From contig DAIDHT010000034.1 in NCBI GenBank assembly GCA_027451945.1, positions 812-64,811 on the forward strand: DNA of 64,000 bases, read 5' to 3'. The position numbers were made by a program, and so were the translations under genes. The DNA comes from Spirochaetales bacterium. GTDB taxonomy: Bacteria > Spirochaetota > Spirochaetia > JABEVK01. Numbering within the stretch: position 1 is the first letter of the stretch; every line of letters begins with the position of its first letter. Below the pieces are notes generated by a model. The model was given only the letters and a program-made list of their open reading frames with translations. It did not search any database and was not told where the DNA came from. Below, piece after piece: positions 9,231-18,655 of the stretch.

Positions 9231-11822
9231 TTAAAAGTTGTAAGTCTGATTGATATCGGCCACTGCTGTCACAGAAGCGGTACCCGAAATCCCATTAGCC
9301 GGCAGTGTTACGGTCTCGGCGGCTCCACTGGGATTCAGGGTCACTTGAAGTGAAGGGGCAAAGGGAATTGTATTGATGATATGAGAGATGTCCGCAGCGG
9401 TGAGCTGAAACTGAATGCTGGTCGGCCCGGTCGCTAGCGTCAAGGTTTTTGAAAAGCCGGAGCTGTCCGAAAACACGGCAGAACCTGTTAGTCCAGTCGT
9501 GTTGTCTAGGTTGAGGGATACCGTCACCGAAGTCAGCTGGCCAAGCAGATTGTTGACGGTGTTGCTTGTGGGGCCAGTGCGGCCAAAAAAGTCAGACGTC
9601 CCGCTGTTAAAGTTAAGGCTGGCACCGCTCGCGGGGATAATAAACTGCATGGGTAGGGGAACCACAAGATCCGCCTCTAGATTCTGAGCACCTGGAGCTG
9701 TCGCCTCGGCATAGGTGATGGTCACACTGCTCATATTCATAGAATACCCAAAAGTTAAATCCGCCGGTTTGGCGTTAAATGGAGGGCTCAGGTCAGTAAT
9801 AGTGGCACTTGAGGGAGTGGGAATACTGGTCACCGTGCCACCGTCTGGCGGAAAGGTGGGGGAACTTGCCAACATAACCACATTGGCCGGTGTCGTAGAT
9901 GTTCCCAGTAAATCCGTCGTGGTTAAAATCCCGTTGGCGGTGTATTGCGCCTGGATATGAGACGACATTCCGTTGATTGATGATGTAGGGAGACCACTGA
10001 AATACAGGTAGGCCGGAATTGGTGGAAAAAGAAAATTCGTTCCTAGGTATTTACTGAGAACACTGAGATTATATCCTCCGCTCGCGGGGAAGTTGCCGCT
10101 GTAACCTCCGGCAGGCGGGCTGAGGTTGGCTTGGCTCCACGTTATTACAGGAGTAATGGTCGCAGAAAACCCAAGGGTCGTCCCGGGGATAATATTGAAA
10201 AGTGTGAGCTCCCCCGTGTTGGGATTCCAACTCTTTGGTTGAAGACTCATACCCATATCAATAACCCAAGCTCCGGGGCCATAATTATGCGAAGGAATAT
10301 ACCGGTAAGGGGTCGTCGTACTTCCACTAAGAAAGTTCAGCGTCACTGGATTTGTCGGGGAACCAGAAGGAATGGTTTGAGTTTGGGATACACCAAAAGC
10401 TTGTGAGTTAACGGTCATACTCATGTCGTTTCCTGCAGGGAGATTGCTTGTGAAGGATACAGAGTAACCCAACGAAGTAAAATCGACCCAATTAAGCCAT
10501 TGCCATTTTTGAAAGTCTTGAGGTGATAAAGTGCTTTGCAGGTTATCATCAATAACGACACTGGGCGTAAAGCTAGAACTGACTTTAACTACCACAGAAG
10601 AAAACTCGGTGATACTTATAGCGGCACTGTTGGCGATGGGCACGGGACCACTCAGGCCGGATAAGGTAGCATTGATAGCATTGATCGTAGTGTTGCCTGT
10701 TAAACTGATGGTACTACCTGAGACGGTTTGATTCGAAAGATCGAGAGTGAGGGGGCCACTCCCTGACTGGTTAAGGTTGAGACCGCCGGTTTGCGAAACC
10801 CCAATTGACGTATTTTGAGTAAATCCGGACCAGGCAGTGGGAAGATTCCCCGGACTAAAGACCATTTGGCCGTTTCCCGACGCAACAGTCGCGCTGACAA
10901 AATTGCTGGTGGCATTGAAAGGGAGTGTTGTTGCCGGCAGTGGTAGCACTGTCGAAAAGTTTACGCCGCTAGCCGAAGAAATCGAAAAGTCGTTGGACAG
11001 AGCGGCTTGCATCGTGAACGTGTCGACATGACCTGCCGTACCGCCAGACGTAGAAGCGGTCAGCACAACCTGAAACGAGTTAGGAAGCGTCGTTGACGCC
11101 GCAAAAGGTAAATTTGCCGTGCCGCCCACTAAAAGATTCACGTTGGAAGCTGTGGTGCTTAGGGTTTGTCCATTACTAATTAACGAGATTCTGGTGAGAG
11201 TGAAGGTGTAGCTAGCAGTGGTACCACTCAGGGGACCAAATGTTAAATTTAAGGAACCCGTGGCGACTGTGGCCGTACTGAATGTTGACAGCGTAAGGGG
11301 AAGCGAAATGGTAGCTGGGGGAGGAGAGGCCAGGCCGGTTTCAACCGTTTGGGCGGACTGGGGGCTTAACCCGTTGTTCACTGAGTTACGGAGAACGGCA
11401 CTAACATCGAAGGAATTTGTCACCGATACGGATTGAGAAATGCTAGGAATCGAAAAGCTTTGAGCCGGTAACGTTGCGTTAACGGAATTTGACAAATTAA
11501 GATTCGCAAGACTAGCTCCCACGTTCAAAGGAACTGACAAAAGAGGAAAGCGCAAAAGGTACTCTTGCGGAACAATACTTGTTGACGATGCAGACGTCGT
11601 TGAACTGGGTTGATAGTTGTAAACAAAAAAACCTGAATTGCTATTCAATAAAGATTCAATCTTGCTGGGGGTGATGTAGCTTGAAACCTGATAGCTATAC
11701 TGACCCAACGAGGCGTAGAGCGTAGGTTTTGCTTTGACGGTGACGGACGAAACTGGTGAAGAACAAGAAGCGAAAAGGCTCAATGCGCCCAGTGCGTAAA
11801 TAATGCGTCGCTTGAGAGCCAT
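9231..11822 (-). CDS. Large (863 aa) Ser/Thr-rich surface lipoprotein of unknown function
   Basis: The lipoprotein signal is MALKRRIIYALGALSLFASCSS. Composition is extremely biased toward S, T, N, G and L. I recognised no catalytic motifs. It ends ...NQTYNF. Confidence 0.55.
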   Translation of the reverse strand: MALKRRIIYALGALSLFASCSSPVSSVTVKAKPTLYASLGQYSYQVSSYITPSKIESLLNSNSGFFVYNYQPSSTTSASSTSIVPQEYLLRFPLLSVPLNVGASLANLNLSNSVNATLPAQSFSIPSISQSVSVTNSFDVSAVLRNSVNNGLSPQSAQTVETGLASPPPATISLPLTLSTFSTATVATGSLNLTFGPLSGTTASYTFTLTRISLISNGQTLSTTASNVNLLVGGTANLPFAASTTLPNSFQVVLTASTSGGTAGHVDTFTMQAALSNDFSISSASGVNFSTVLPLPATTLPFNATSNFVSATVASGNGQMVFSPGNLPTAWSGFTQNTSIGVSQTGGLNLNQSGSGPLTLDLSNQTVSGSTISLTGNTTINAINATLSGLSGPVPIANSAAISITEFSSVVVKVSSSFTPSVVIDDNLQSTLSPQDFQKWQWLNWVDFTSLGYSVSFTSNLPAGNDMSMTVNSQAFGVSQTQTIPSGSPTNPVTLNFLSGSTTTPYRYIPSHNYGPGAWVIDMGMSLQPKSWNPNTGELTLFNIIPGTTLGFSATITPVITWSQANLSPPAGGYSGNFPASGGYNLSVLSKYLGTNFLFPPIPAYLYFSGLPTSSINGMSSHIQAQYTANGILTTTDLLGTSTTPANVVMLASSPTFPPDGGTVTSIPTPSSATITDLSPPFNAKPADLTFGYSMNMSSVTITYAEATAPGAQNLEADLVVPLPMQFIIPASGASLNFNSGTSDFFGRTGPTSNTVNNLLGQLTSVTVSLNLDNTTGLTGSAVFSDSSGFSKTLTLATGPTSIQFQLTAADISHIINTIPFAPSLQVTLNPSGAAETVTLPANGISGTASVTAVADINQTYNF

Positions 11823-11905
11823 GACTTACTCCTTATCCTGTACCCCAAGGCCTTTCGGATATCAACAGTATAGCACTGGAGGACTCAGATATCCAGAATG
11901 TTAAA

Positions 11906-11921
11906 GTTAATCAAGATTAAC
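11906..11921. promoter_or_regulatory. Perfect AT-rich palindrome GTTAATC-AA-GATTAAC abutting a TTGACC -35-like hexamer upstream of the Nramp-family gene
   Basis: I read the palindrome directly. TTGACC lies at 11924-11929, a TAT-rich -10-like element at about 11947-11954, and a ribosome-binding site AGGAG at 11961-11965. Confidence 0.3.
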
Positions 11922-11968
11922 TCTTGACCAACCCGGCCACTTTGGTGTTATTTTGACACAAGGAGTGG

Positions 11969-13168
11969 GTGATGAACATCGCTGTCGAGAAAGCTGCCAA
12001 GTTTCGGCTATGGAACCTTCTTAAAGTGTGGGGTCCGGCTTGGCTGGTCATGATAGCCGATGTGGATGCCGCCAGTGTCATCACTGCGGCCCAGAGTGGG
12101 GCTCAATACGGAACCAAACTCATCTGGTTCGTGATGGCCTTGACCGTGCCGTTGTTTTTGATTCAAGAGGTGGCTGGCCGAGTGGGCGCGGTTACCGGAA
12201 AGGGCTTGGGCGAGCTCATCCGCGAACACTTTAGCAAGCGCATCGCCGTTCTAGCGGCCATTCCGATGGCGGTAGTCGACATTGTCAGTTATATCGTCGA
12301 ATACACCGGAGCAGCCATCGGGTTTCAAATCTTTGGGGTTTCACCCTGGGTGTCGGTGCCGATTGTTTTTTTACTTCACCTGCTGATTGTGTTTCGACGA
12401 AAGTATGAACAGGCCGAAAAGCCGTTGTTTGTGGTTTCGGTGATTTTTGCCGGAGCGTGGATAGCCGCCGCGTTTTTGACCCCTCATCCTCATTTAACCG
12501 TCACTCCGTTTTATTTCGATATGTCCCCGGGCTTTCTGTTTTTGTTAGCGGCCAATGTCGGGGCGGTGATTATGCCGTTTATGCTGTTTTACCAGGCCTC
12601 GGCTACTGCCGAAAAGCGAACGGGGCACGAGAACCTTTGGGCTATTCGCGTGGAAACCGCGGTGGGGGCTCTTGTTTCAGAAGTCATCATGGTCGCCATT
12701 CTGGTCGCCACGATCGGGGTCAACACCCATGCCCTGCAATTCGACAACCCCCGGCTGTTGTCGCTAGGACTGTCGTCCGTGGCGGGGAGCTGGGCACCCT
12801 ACTTGTTTGGGATCGGTCTGATCACAGCGTCGTTTATAGCGTTAATCGTGATTTCGTTGGGGTCTTGCTGGGGCGTTACCGAAGCTTTGGGCTGGGGGCG
12901 TCACCGCTGGTTTGCGTTGTACTTAGCGGAATCGATCCCCGCTGGCCTGACGGTCTTATTCTTTACGTACAATTTGATCAACTTCGCCGTAGGAATGATG
13001 GTTTTTCAAATTCTTGTCTTGGCGGGACCAGCCGTGATTCTGGGGCTTTTGGCTCGCCGCGCCGACCTGATGGGCCGCCACCGGCTTCGTGGGGTGAACC
13101 AGGTGTTGTATTGGGGAATGCTCGCGTTGATCTTTGCCACGGGAATCCTTAGTGTGGTGGCGCATTAA
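11969..13168 (+). CDS. Nramp-superfamily divalent-cation transporter homolog with divergent metal-site motifs
   Basis: The N-terminal segment WGPAWLVMIADVDAASVITAAQSGAQYGTKLIWFVMALT aligns to the Nramp TM1 consensus (GPGFL..I.Y.DPGN.....QAGA.YGY.LLW). There are about 11 TM helices. The canonical DPGN motif is DVDA here, and the TM6 M-P-H motif is IMPF. Confidence 0.6.
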   Translation: MMNIAVEKAAKFRLWNLLKVWGPAWLVMIADVDAASVITAAQSGAQYGTKLIWFVMALTVPLFLIQEVAGRVGAVTGKGLGELIREHFSKRIAVLAAIPMAVVDIVSYIVEYTGAAIGFQIFGVSPWVSVPIVFLLHLLIVFRRKYEQAEKPLFVVSVIFAGAWIAAAFLTPHPHLTVTPFYFDMSPGFLFLLAANVGAVIMPFMLFYQASATAEKRTGHENLWAIRVETAVGALVSEVIMVAILVATIGVNTHALQFDNPRLLSLGLSSVAGSWAPYLFGIGLITASFIALIVISLGSCWGVTEALGWGRHRWFALYLAESIPAGLTVLFFTYNLINFAVGMMVFQILVLAGPAVILGLLARRADLMGRHRLRGVNQVLYWGMLALIFATGILSVVAH

Positions 13169-13763
13169 CGGCGGCGGCAAGCTGTTGGCACACCAGGCGC
13201 AGAGCGGCTTCAGCGGCCTGAACCTGCAGATCTTGGGTGGTGCTGGTGCTTCCTAACGTCGTACCAGCAATTGTTGCCACCACGCGAGAGGCTTGACCAC
13301 TGGCCCGTGCCGTTGCCAATATCACCCCCGTTTCAACCGAGACCAACCGGGCATCGATGACCGCTGTCCAAGAATCATTACTGGCTGAAACTCCACCCCA
13401 GTCCCCTGTCGAAATTCCCCCGTTTGTCATCCGAGACAAATTAACAAACAAGATGTCCTGCGCACCTGCCAATTTAAGCGTTGACAAGTTCTGTTGACCT
13501 TCTTGGAGGACTTCATCCAACCGGCTGGTCTCAACCACGCGAAAGGGAGTCTCGGCGTAGAGGTCGCTCATGAGTTCACTATGAAGGTTCGGAATCAGAG
13601 CGTTCAAACGACTGTCTCCGGTCATGTTGCGTACCTCGGTCACGGCGATCAACGGGTGGGTAGAGTCAACGGGGGGTTGGCTGGCGCACGAGGACAGCAC
13701 TCCCGATAAGACCAGGGCCAACAAGGGGATGGTAAGCCTGCCATAAAGTCTGATTAAGTTCAT
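13149..13763 (-). CDS. Lipoprotein, unknown function. I prefer the ATG start at 13763 over the GTG at 13802.
   Basis: From the internal Met the protein begins MNLIRLYGRLTIPLLALVLSGVLSSC, which is a lipobox. I recognised no family. Confidence 0.4.
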   Translation of the reverse strand: MNLIRLYGRLTIPLLALVLSGVLSSCASQPPVDSTHPLIAVTEVRNMTGDSRLNALIPNLHSELMSDLYAETPFRVVETSRLDEVLQEGQQNLSTLKLAGAQDILFVNLSRMTNGGISTGDWGGVSASNDSWTAVIDARLVSVETGVILATARASGQASRVVATIAGTTLGSTSTTQDLQVQAAEAALRLVCQQLAAAVNAPPH

Positions 13764-13868
13764 TTTTGTGAGAGTATAGGGGAAATTTGTGGGCCTCGCC
13801 ACAAATTCTCAGGTCAATAGGGGCCAAAACCTGGCAAAACTTTTTGAAAAGTTCTGTATACTGGCAAA

Positions 13869-14795
13869 ATGGATCTTCTGGACAAGAAAGTCACAGCCGA
13901 TTGGATCGATATCCGCGAGAAGCTCACCGCACCAGCACGCCTGAAGTCGTATTTAAAGCTGGAGCAGGAGGGGCTTGTCGCCGAGGCCAAGGTTCTTCGC
14001 ACCTGCACCTTGGGTGGTCCTGTCGAATACAAACGTAAGTTGATCCAGTCCGTGTTTAGCTTTTTGACTCGTTTGGAGTTTCAGACCCCCACGGGGCAAG
14101 ATATTGAAGAACGTGAGCTCGTTCTGCGTCAGCTGATTTACGTTAACAGTCTCGAGTATCTTTTTGCTCTTGGTCAGTTGCGTCCCCAAAGGGACGCGGG
14201 TGGTGAAAATACCCCGACCTCGGGCGGAGCCCCCCCGGTACCCCTAGAAGATATTGTCCGTGAAGTTACCGCACGACTCAATGCAAACCCTGAGTTGGCC
14301 AAGGACTCACGGGTCAAAACGATTTTGATGGAGGTCCAGCTCTACAAAAAAGAGTACGACCAATTTAAACAGCTTTCGCCAAAGATTCCCGATGATCGAG
14401 CCGCTGGCTTTTTGGCAAACTTTCAAAAGCGCATTTCGGATATTGTTGGTGCGATTCGAGGACAATACGAAGAACTGTTAGCTTCGGATCGACGAGAGTT
14501 ATCGGGTGAGCAGGCAAAAAAAGAAGAAGAGATCTTTCTGGTTCCCGGCTTAAACCGCCTTTTGATGACTCAAACTCAAGAGCTTTCTTTGCTTCGTTCT
14601 ACGGTCAACTTTGCTTTGCAAGAAGGCTATCAGATGCGCGCCCTTTTGGTACGACTCACTACTCGAAAAGACCCGGTGCTGGCCTTAGTCGAAGAGGAAG
14701 GCCGCTTGTGGGAATCCTGGGGACGACAAATTACGTTGCCCGATGCCGCAGTTCGTCTGGCCCGTAACCTCGCGTTAACGCTTCAACGCCAGTAG
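13869..14795 (+). CDS. Hypothetical cytoplasmic protein (308 aa), helical
   Basis: It is a clean ORF with good codon usage. I recognised no motifs. Confidence 0.4.
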   Translation: MDLLDKKVTADWIDIREKLTAPARLKSYLKLEQEGLVAEAKVLRTCTLGGPVEYKRKLIQSVFSFLTRLEFQTPTGQDIEERELVLRQLIYVNSLEYLFALGQLRPQRDAGGENTPTSGGAPPVPLEDIVREVTARLNANPELAKDSRVKTILMEVQLYKKEYDQFKQLSPKIPDDRAAGFLANFQKRISDIVGAIRGQYEELLASDRRELSGEQAKKEEEIFLVPGLNRLLMTQTQELSLLRSTVNFALQEGYQMRALLVRLTTRKDPVLALVEEEGRLWESWGRQITLPDAAVRLARNLALTLQRQ

Positions 14796-16024
14796 GCGGT
14801 TAACAGGTCGATGAGATGATTTTGATCGGCCTGGTGCGCGGTTTCACGGACAGAATGCATGGCCCACAATGGAATACCCACATCAACCGCGTTCAGATTG
14901 GCAGAGGCTGCCAAAAGCGGTCCCACGGTACTGCCGGGCGCCAAATCGGAGCGCATAATGTAGTCTTGCCACGGGCCCTCGTAGGCGCGGGTCAGCCAAC
15001 GAAAGCGGGCTTCGGTTTCGGCAGTGGTAGCATAGCTGTGCCGGGCAGACGCTTTAAGAACAGGGCCCCCTCCAAGGGCTGGTGCGTAGGAGCTATCGTG
15101 CCGGTCGGCAAAATTGGGGTGTAGCCCATGAGCGGCGTCGACACTGACCAAAAAGGACGAGTTTTGTTGACGGAATGCATCGGTTGTACTTAACCCTCTA
15201 TTTAAACGTTCTAACAGGCGCGGGAGCAGACCAGAATCGGCACCCCAGGCCGTGCGAGAACCAATTTCTTCATGATCTAAAAACAGGGCGAGCCGCCAAC
15301 CGTGCGACGTGGACGCTGAGTTCAAAAGTGCCTCTGCTACTGCCTGACACCCGGCAAGATTGTCTAACCGGCCCGATTGCAAAAGTCCCGAAGCCCCGAG
15401 GTGCGCGCCTTGGGTATCGTATAAATAGATATCGGCAGCCAAAAAGTGTTCGGCGTCTTCTGATAAACGCCGCGAAAGCCAATCCTTCCAATGAGTAAAA
15501 GATGGAACGTCGGCCAGGGCGCTGAGTTGCGTCTGCGGGTCTAAAGCCGTTCCTTTGTTGGCGTCCCGATTGTAATGAATGGCGAGGTTGGGAATGACGG
15601 CAAGACCCTCGGTACGCAGTCGCCGCGAGCGGGGGCCGGTTTCGGCGCTGTACCAGGCTTGTCCCGCCACCCCTAGGGTACGGTCTGTCCAGGTTGCCAG
15701 CAACGGGCCACCATAGACTTCGACACCCCAGCGGTGTAAACCGTGAGGAAGGGGTTGGTGGGCATTGAGTTTGAGTTTTAACGCCGGCGAATCGGTATGC
15801 GCGGCGGCGATCTTCCAACCCGTGGGGGCTTCACCGGCAGTAAACGCCACAACACAACCAGGGCCCCAGCGGAGGATGTAACCGCCGCCGGGCTCTAAAA
15901 CCCAGTCTTGAGCAGGGTCTAAGGTCCGCCAACCGTGGTCTTGGAACAGTTGAACCAAGTTGTCGGCGGCGTAGACACTAACCGGCGACGCATCGAGGAA
16001 CTCGACCAGGTCAAGGTGGCTCAT
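14783..16024 (-). CDS. M18-family aminopeptidase (aspartyl aminopeptidase-like)
   Basis: The motif KIAAAHTDSPALKLKL matches the M18 signature G-AHTDSP-L-VKP. The length (413 aa) fits the family. Confidence 0.65.
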   Translation of the reverse strand: MSHLDLVEFLDASPVSVYAADNLVQLFQDHGWRTLDPAQDWVLEPGGGYILRWGPGCVVAFTAGEAPTGWKIAAAHTDSPALKLKLNAHQPLPHGLHRWGVEVYGGPLLATWTDRTLGVAGQAWYSAETGPRSRRLRTEGLAVIPNLAIHYNRDANKGTALDPQTQLSALADVPSFTHWKDWLSRRLSEDAEHFLAADIYLYDTQGAHLGASGLLQSGRLDNLAGCQAVAEALLNSASTSHGWRLALFLDHEEIGSRTAWGADSGLLPRLLERLNRGLSTTDAFRQQNSSFLVSVDAAHGLHPNFADRHDSSYAPALGGGPVLKASARHSYATTAETEARFRWLTRAYEGPWQDYIMRSDLAPGSTVGPLLAASANLNAVDVGIPLWAMHSVRETAHQADQNHLIDLLTAYWR

Positions 16025-17004
16025 GGTTGGGCTCCTGGAAAGAGCGTGATCAAGGCACGGATGAGCAAAGAAACACTTCCCGGGCCTTCGTCCGAGACCC
16101 AGGTTCGGCCCACAACAGCTTGATCTGTGCGACCAGCCTGGCGAACGGGCTGATCAGCGGTACCCCAGCCGGCGAGGATGGTATTGGGAGGGTCAACAAG
16201 CGTGCGGTAGTGGGCGTCGATCCAAGGTTTGACAAACGCCGAAAGGTCGCTAGCAAAGCTTGCCGAGTTGACTTCGTGAGAAGGAATTTTGACAACAAGC
16301 ATGGGTTTGAGTGTATTGGCGGTAAAGGCATCAGCAAAGCTTTGGCCCCAGTTGTCGGTTGGTCCCTGAATGTTAGACGAGGAGTCTTGCGCAAGGTAGA
16401 GAACCGGGTAGCTTGCGGCCAAATTCCGCAGGTAATCGGGGGGCAAGAGCACCTCGAGGCTAATGCCCTGAAGCTGGGGGTATAGCGCAGGGTCAATACG
16501 GTTGAGCCGAGTTTGTGCTTGGCGCAGATCCGGGATCACATTCACCGGGGGGGTACCGCTGACAAAGGGGTTAAACGGATCGAGCTGGGCTTGGCTACCT
16601 CCAGACTGGTTGACGAGGAACGAGTAGGTCACCTCTTCGGGAGCGTAGATTTTATAGACTTTGTAAAACAAGGGGCTGTGGCGAAACTGATCCATTTTGT
16701 CAGGACCGCCTTTTTGAAAGTTGGCTTTGAGGTCGACTTCGCTGGCTTGGTGCGAAAAGTCATAATAGACGAAGGTAACCTTGCGACCTGAAATCAAGGG
16801 CGTCTTTTGACTGCCCAGCCAAGAATTCCACACACGAACTAGGTTGTCGTCAGGACCAGCGGCCGGCCAGTGCTTGAACAATTCATTAAGCCGGGGATCA
16901 GCCTCTAAAGCGTTGAGGGCTGTCACATGGTGCAGGTAGACAGGCTTATTTCCTGTGCAGGAGGCGAAGGCCAAGGCGGCCATCAAAACGAGAAGCATTC
17001 TCAT
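16021..17004 (-). CDS. Lipoprotein, possibly esterase-like
   Basis: The lipobox is MRMLLVLMAALAFASCTG. There is a loose resemblance to the 'putative esterase' family. The call is tentative. Confidence 0.35.
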   Translation of the reverse strand: MRMLLVLMAALAFASCTGNKPVYLHHVTALNALEADPRLNELFKHWPAAGPDDNLVRVWNSWLGSQKTPLISGRKVTFVYYDFSHQASEVDLKANFQKGGPDKMDQFRHSPLFYKVYKIYAPEEVTYSFLVNQSGGSQAQLDPFNPFVSGTPPVNVIPDLRQAQTRLNRIDPALYPQLQGISLEVLLPPDYLRNLAASYPVLYLAQDSSSNIQGPTDNWGQSFADAFTANTLKPMLVVKIPSHEVNSASFASDLSAFVKPWIDAHYRTLVDPPNTILAGWGTADQPVRQAGRTDQAVVGRTWVSDEGPGSVSLLIRALITLFPGAQP

Positions 17005-17084
17005 GGCCGAAAGCTACTCCTGAAACCTTGCTCTTGTCAAAGCAGACCCTTGCCAAAGCTCACGAAAACCGTCACAACAAGGCT

Positions 17085-17582
17085 ATGGAAAGAACGTTAT
17101 GCTTAATAAAGCCCGATGGCGTACGCCGGGGTGTGGTAGGCCCAATTCTTGAGCGTTTTGAGCGCAAAGGCCTCAAAATTATCGCCCTCAAGATGACAAC
17201 CCCTTCGGAGGACTTGGCGGGTCAGCATTATACCTACGAAGATATAGCCGTACGACATGGCGAGGCGGTACGGAACGCACTGATCAAGTTTTTGACTTCG
17301 GGCCCGGTTGTGGCGTTTGTGATTGAAGGCGTCAGTGCCATTGATAATGTTCGAGCCCTATGCGGCGCCACAGAGCCTCTTAAGGCCGCGCCAGGAACCA
17401 TTCGGGGTGACTTTGCTCATCACACCTTTGCGCTCACGGCGGCAGTAGGAGAATCCGTTCGCAACCTGATTCATGCATCTGCCAATGCCGAAGATGCCGC
17501 TCGCGAGACTGCCTTGTGGTTTGGGCCCGCAGACTATGTCACCTATCGCCGTGCCGACCAAAACGAACACTTTCTTGACTAA
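17085..17582 (+). CDS. ndk: Nucleoside diphosphate kinase
   Basis: MERTLCLIKPDGVRRGVVGPILERFERKGLKIIALKM matches the NDK N-terminus. The ATG at 17085 gives about 165 aa. The track ORF extends further to the 5' side. Confidence 0.8.
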   Translation: MERTLCLIKPDGVRRGVVGPILERFERKGLKIIALKMTTPSEDLAGQHYTYEDIAVRHGEAVRNALIKFLTSGPVVAFVIEGVSAIDNVRALCGATEPLKAAPGTIRGDFAHHTFALTAAVGESVRNLIHASANAEDAARETALWFGPADYVTYRRADQNEHFLD

Positions 17583-17585
17583 CGT

Positions 17586-18056
17586 CTAAAGCTTGCCTAG
17601 CACTTGAATAAACCTTTGGGCCCAAGCCTCGGCCAGAGTAAGGTCGAGACCGGCAAGAGTATCGAGTTTGAGGGCTGGTAAGAGTATCCTGGCGCCTTGG
17701 TTTCGCAGGCGGGTTTCTAAGATTTCGACGGCGCCGCAGGGAACCGGGTAACGAGAGCTACCACAACCCAAGGCCGCCGCCGGTAAACCCTGAAAGTCCC
17801 ACTCACGCCATTCTCGTTCCAGCCGATCCCAAAGCGGATGCAGGTCGCCGACTCCGTAGGTGGGGCTTGCAACGATGAGAAAGGGCCGGTCGCGAGGATC
17901 GTCGTGGTACTCGGCAACGTTGATCATTTCGACGGCTATGCCTGCCGCTTTCAGCACCTGTTCCACAGTCTGGCAAACCTGCTCGGTACGTCCGGTGCGG
18001 CTGGCCCACAGGATCAACCCGGGTTTGTTGAGCTGAGGTTGCTGGTTGTTGTTCAT
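17586..18056 (-). CDS. Flavodoxin-like protein
   Basis: LILWASRTGRTEQV resembles the flavodoxin FMN-binding motif (I.Y.S.TGNTE). The protein is 156 aa. Confidence 0.55.
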   Translation of the reverse strand: MNNNQQPQLNKPGLILWASRTGRTEQVCQTVEQVLKAAGIAVEMINVAEYHDDPRDRPFLIVASPTYGVGDLHPLWDRLEREWREWDFQGLPAAALGCGSSRYPVPCGAVEILETRLRNQGARILLPALKLDTLAGLDLTLAEAWAQRFIQVLGKL

Positions 18057-18655
18057 GACGCCCTCCCGAGCACGATCAAGATCAGCGCCCCGACCCCCGA
18101 GCTAACAATCAAAAGCCAACCAGCACGCGAAGTCTTGGGGCGAACCGCTTCGGCGGGAGTGTCTTCGGCTTGATAGGCTGACTCGAGCATGTGATCAAGA
18201 CTCGACCAGAAGTTTTTGGTATCAAGCGTTTTTTTGACTTCAAGTAGGCGTTCATAAAAGGCAAAGGTTTGCCCCCACAGCTGTCCCCAGGCCCCGGGAA
18301 ACTTTAAATACCGGCTGACAGAGGCTAAAGAGAGAAAGATAAAGCCGCACAGGGTGAGCCCCTTGGCTAAACCCTCGGTTAACGCTCCCTCCGTAAAAAG
18401 AAAGCCTCCCCAACGGAACAAAACTTTGCCAAACGGGACAAAGAGGTTAAAAACCGTAACGGACAGCACTAAAAAGGCAAAGTACAAAAACCGAATTTTC
18501 TTCCCAGCGGCTAGAGCGGCCACCGCCCCTACCGCCGTTAAGACGATCCTGACAGGCCAAGTGGGAGTCAACGCTAAAACCGCGATCAACCCCAGCCCCC
18601 ATACCAAGCGGGTGCCCGGTGCCAGCCAGCGGTGCAAATGATCAGTTCGTGCCAT
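18053..18655 (-). CDS. EcfT/CbiQ-family transmembrane protein (short form)
   Basis: The N-terminal ...DHLHRWLAPGTRL... matches the EcfT motif (LHRLDPRTKL). FTEGALTEGLAKGL matches iTkeGL. It has 5 TM helices. It overlaps the flavodoxin start by 4 nt. Confidence 0.5.
   Translation of the reverse strand: MARTDHLHRWLAPGTRLVWGLGLIAVLALTPTWPVRIVLTAVGAVAALAAGKKIRFLYFAFLVLSVTVFNLFVPFGKVLFRWGGFLFTEGALTEGLAKGLTLCGFIFLSLASVSRYLKFPGAWGQLWGQTFAFYERLLEVKKTLDTKNFWSSLDHMLESAYQAEDTPAEAVRPKTSRAGWLLIVSSGVGALILIVLGRAS

Noticed and set aside
9415-11436. Multiple 60-90-aa plus-strand ORFs inside the 863-aa lipoprotein gene
   Set aside because: They are antisense artefacts of the long S/T-rich gene.
12457-13152. 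231-aa plus-strand ORF overlapping the Nramp-family gene in another frame
   Set aside because: Its Arg/Gly/Pro-rich translation is typical of an off-frame high-GC ORF. The Nramp frame has the family motifs.
15270-15818. 182-aa minus-strand ORF within the M18 aminopeptidase gene
   Set aside because: It is an alternate frame of a gene whose main frame carries the AHTDSP signature. Its Arg-rich composition marks it as an artefact.
16027-16496. Overlapping 148- and 152-aa ORFs on both strands at the 3' end of the esterase-like gene
   Set aside because: They are alternate frames. Neither has a plausible start context or motifs.
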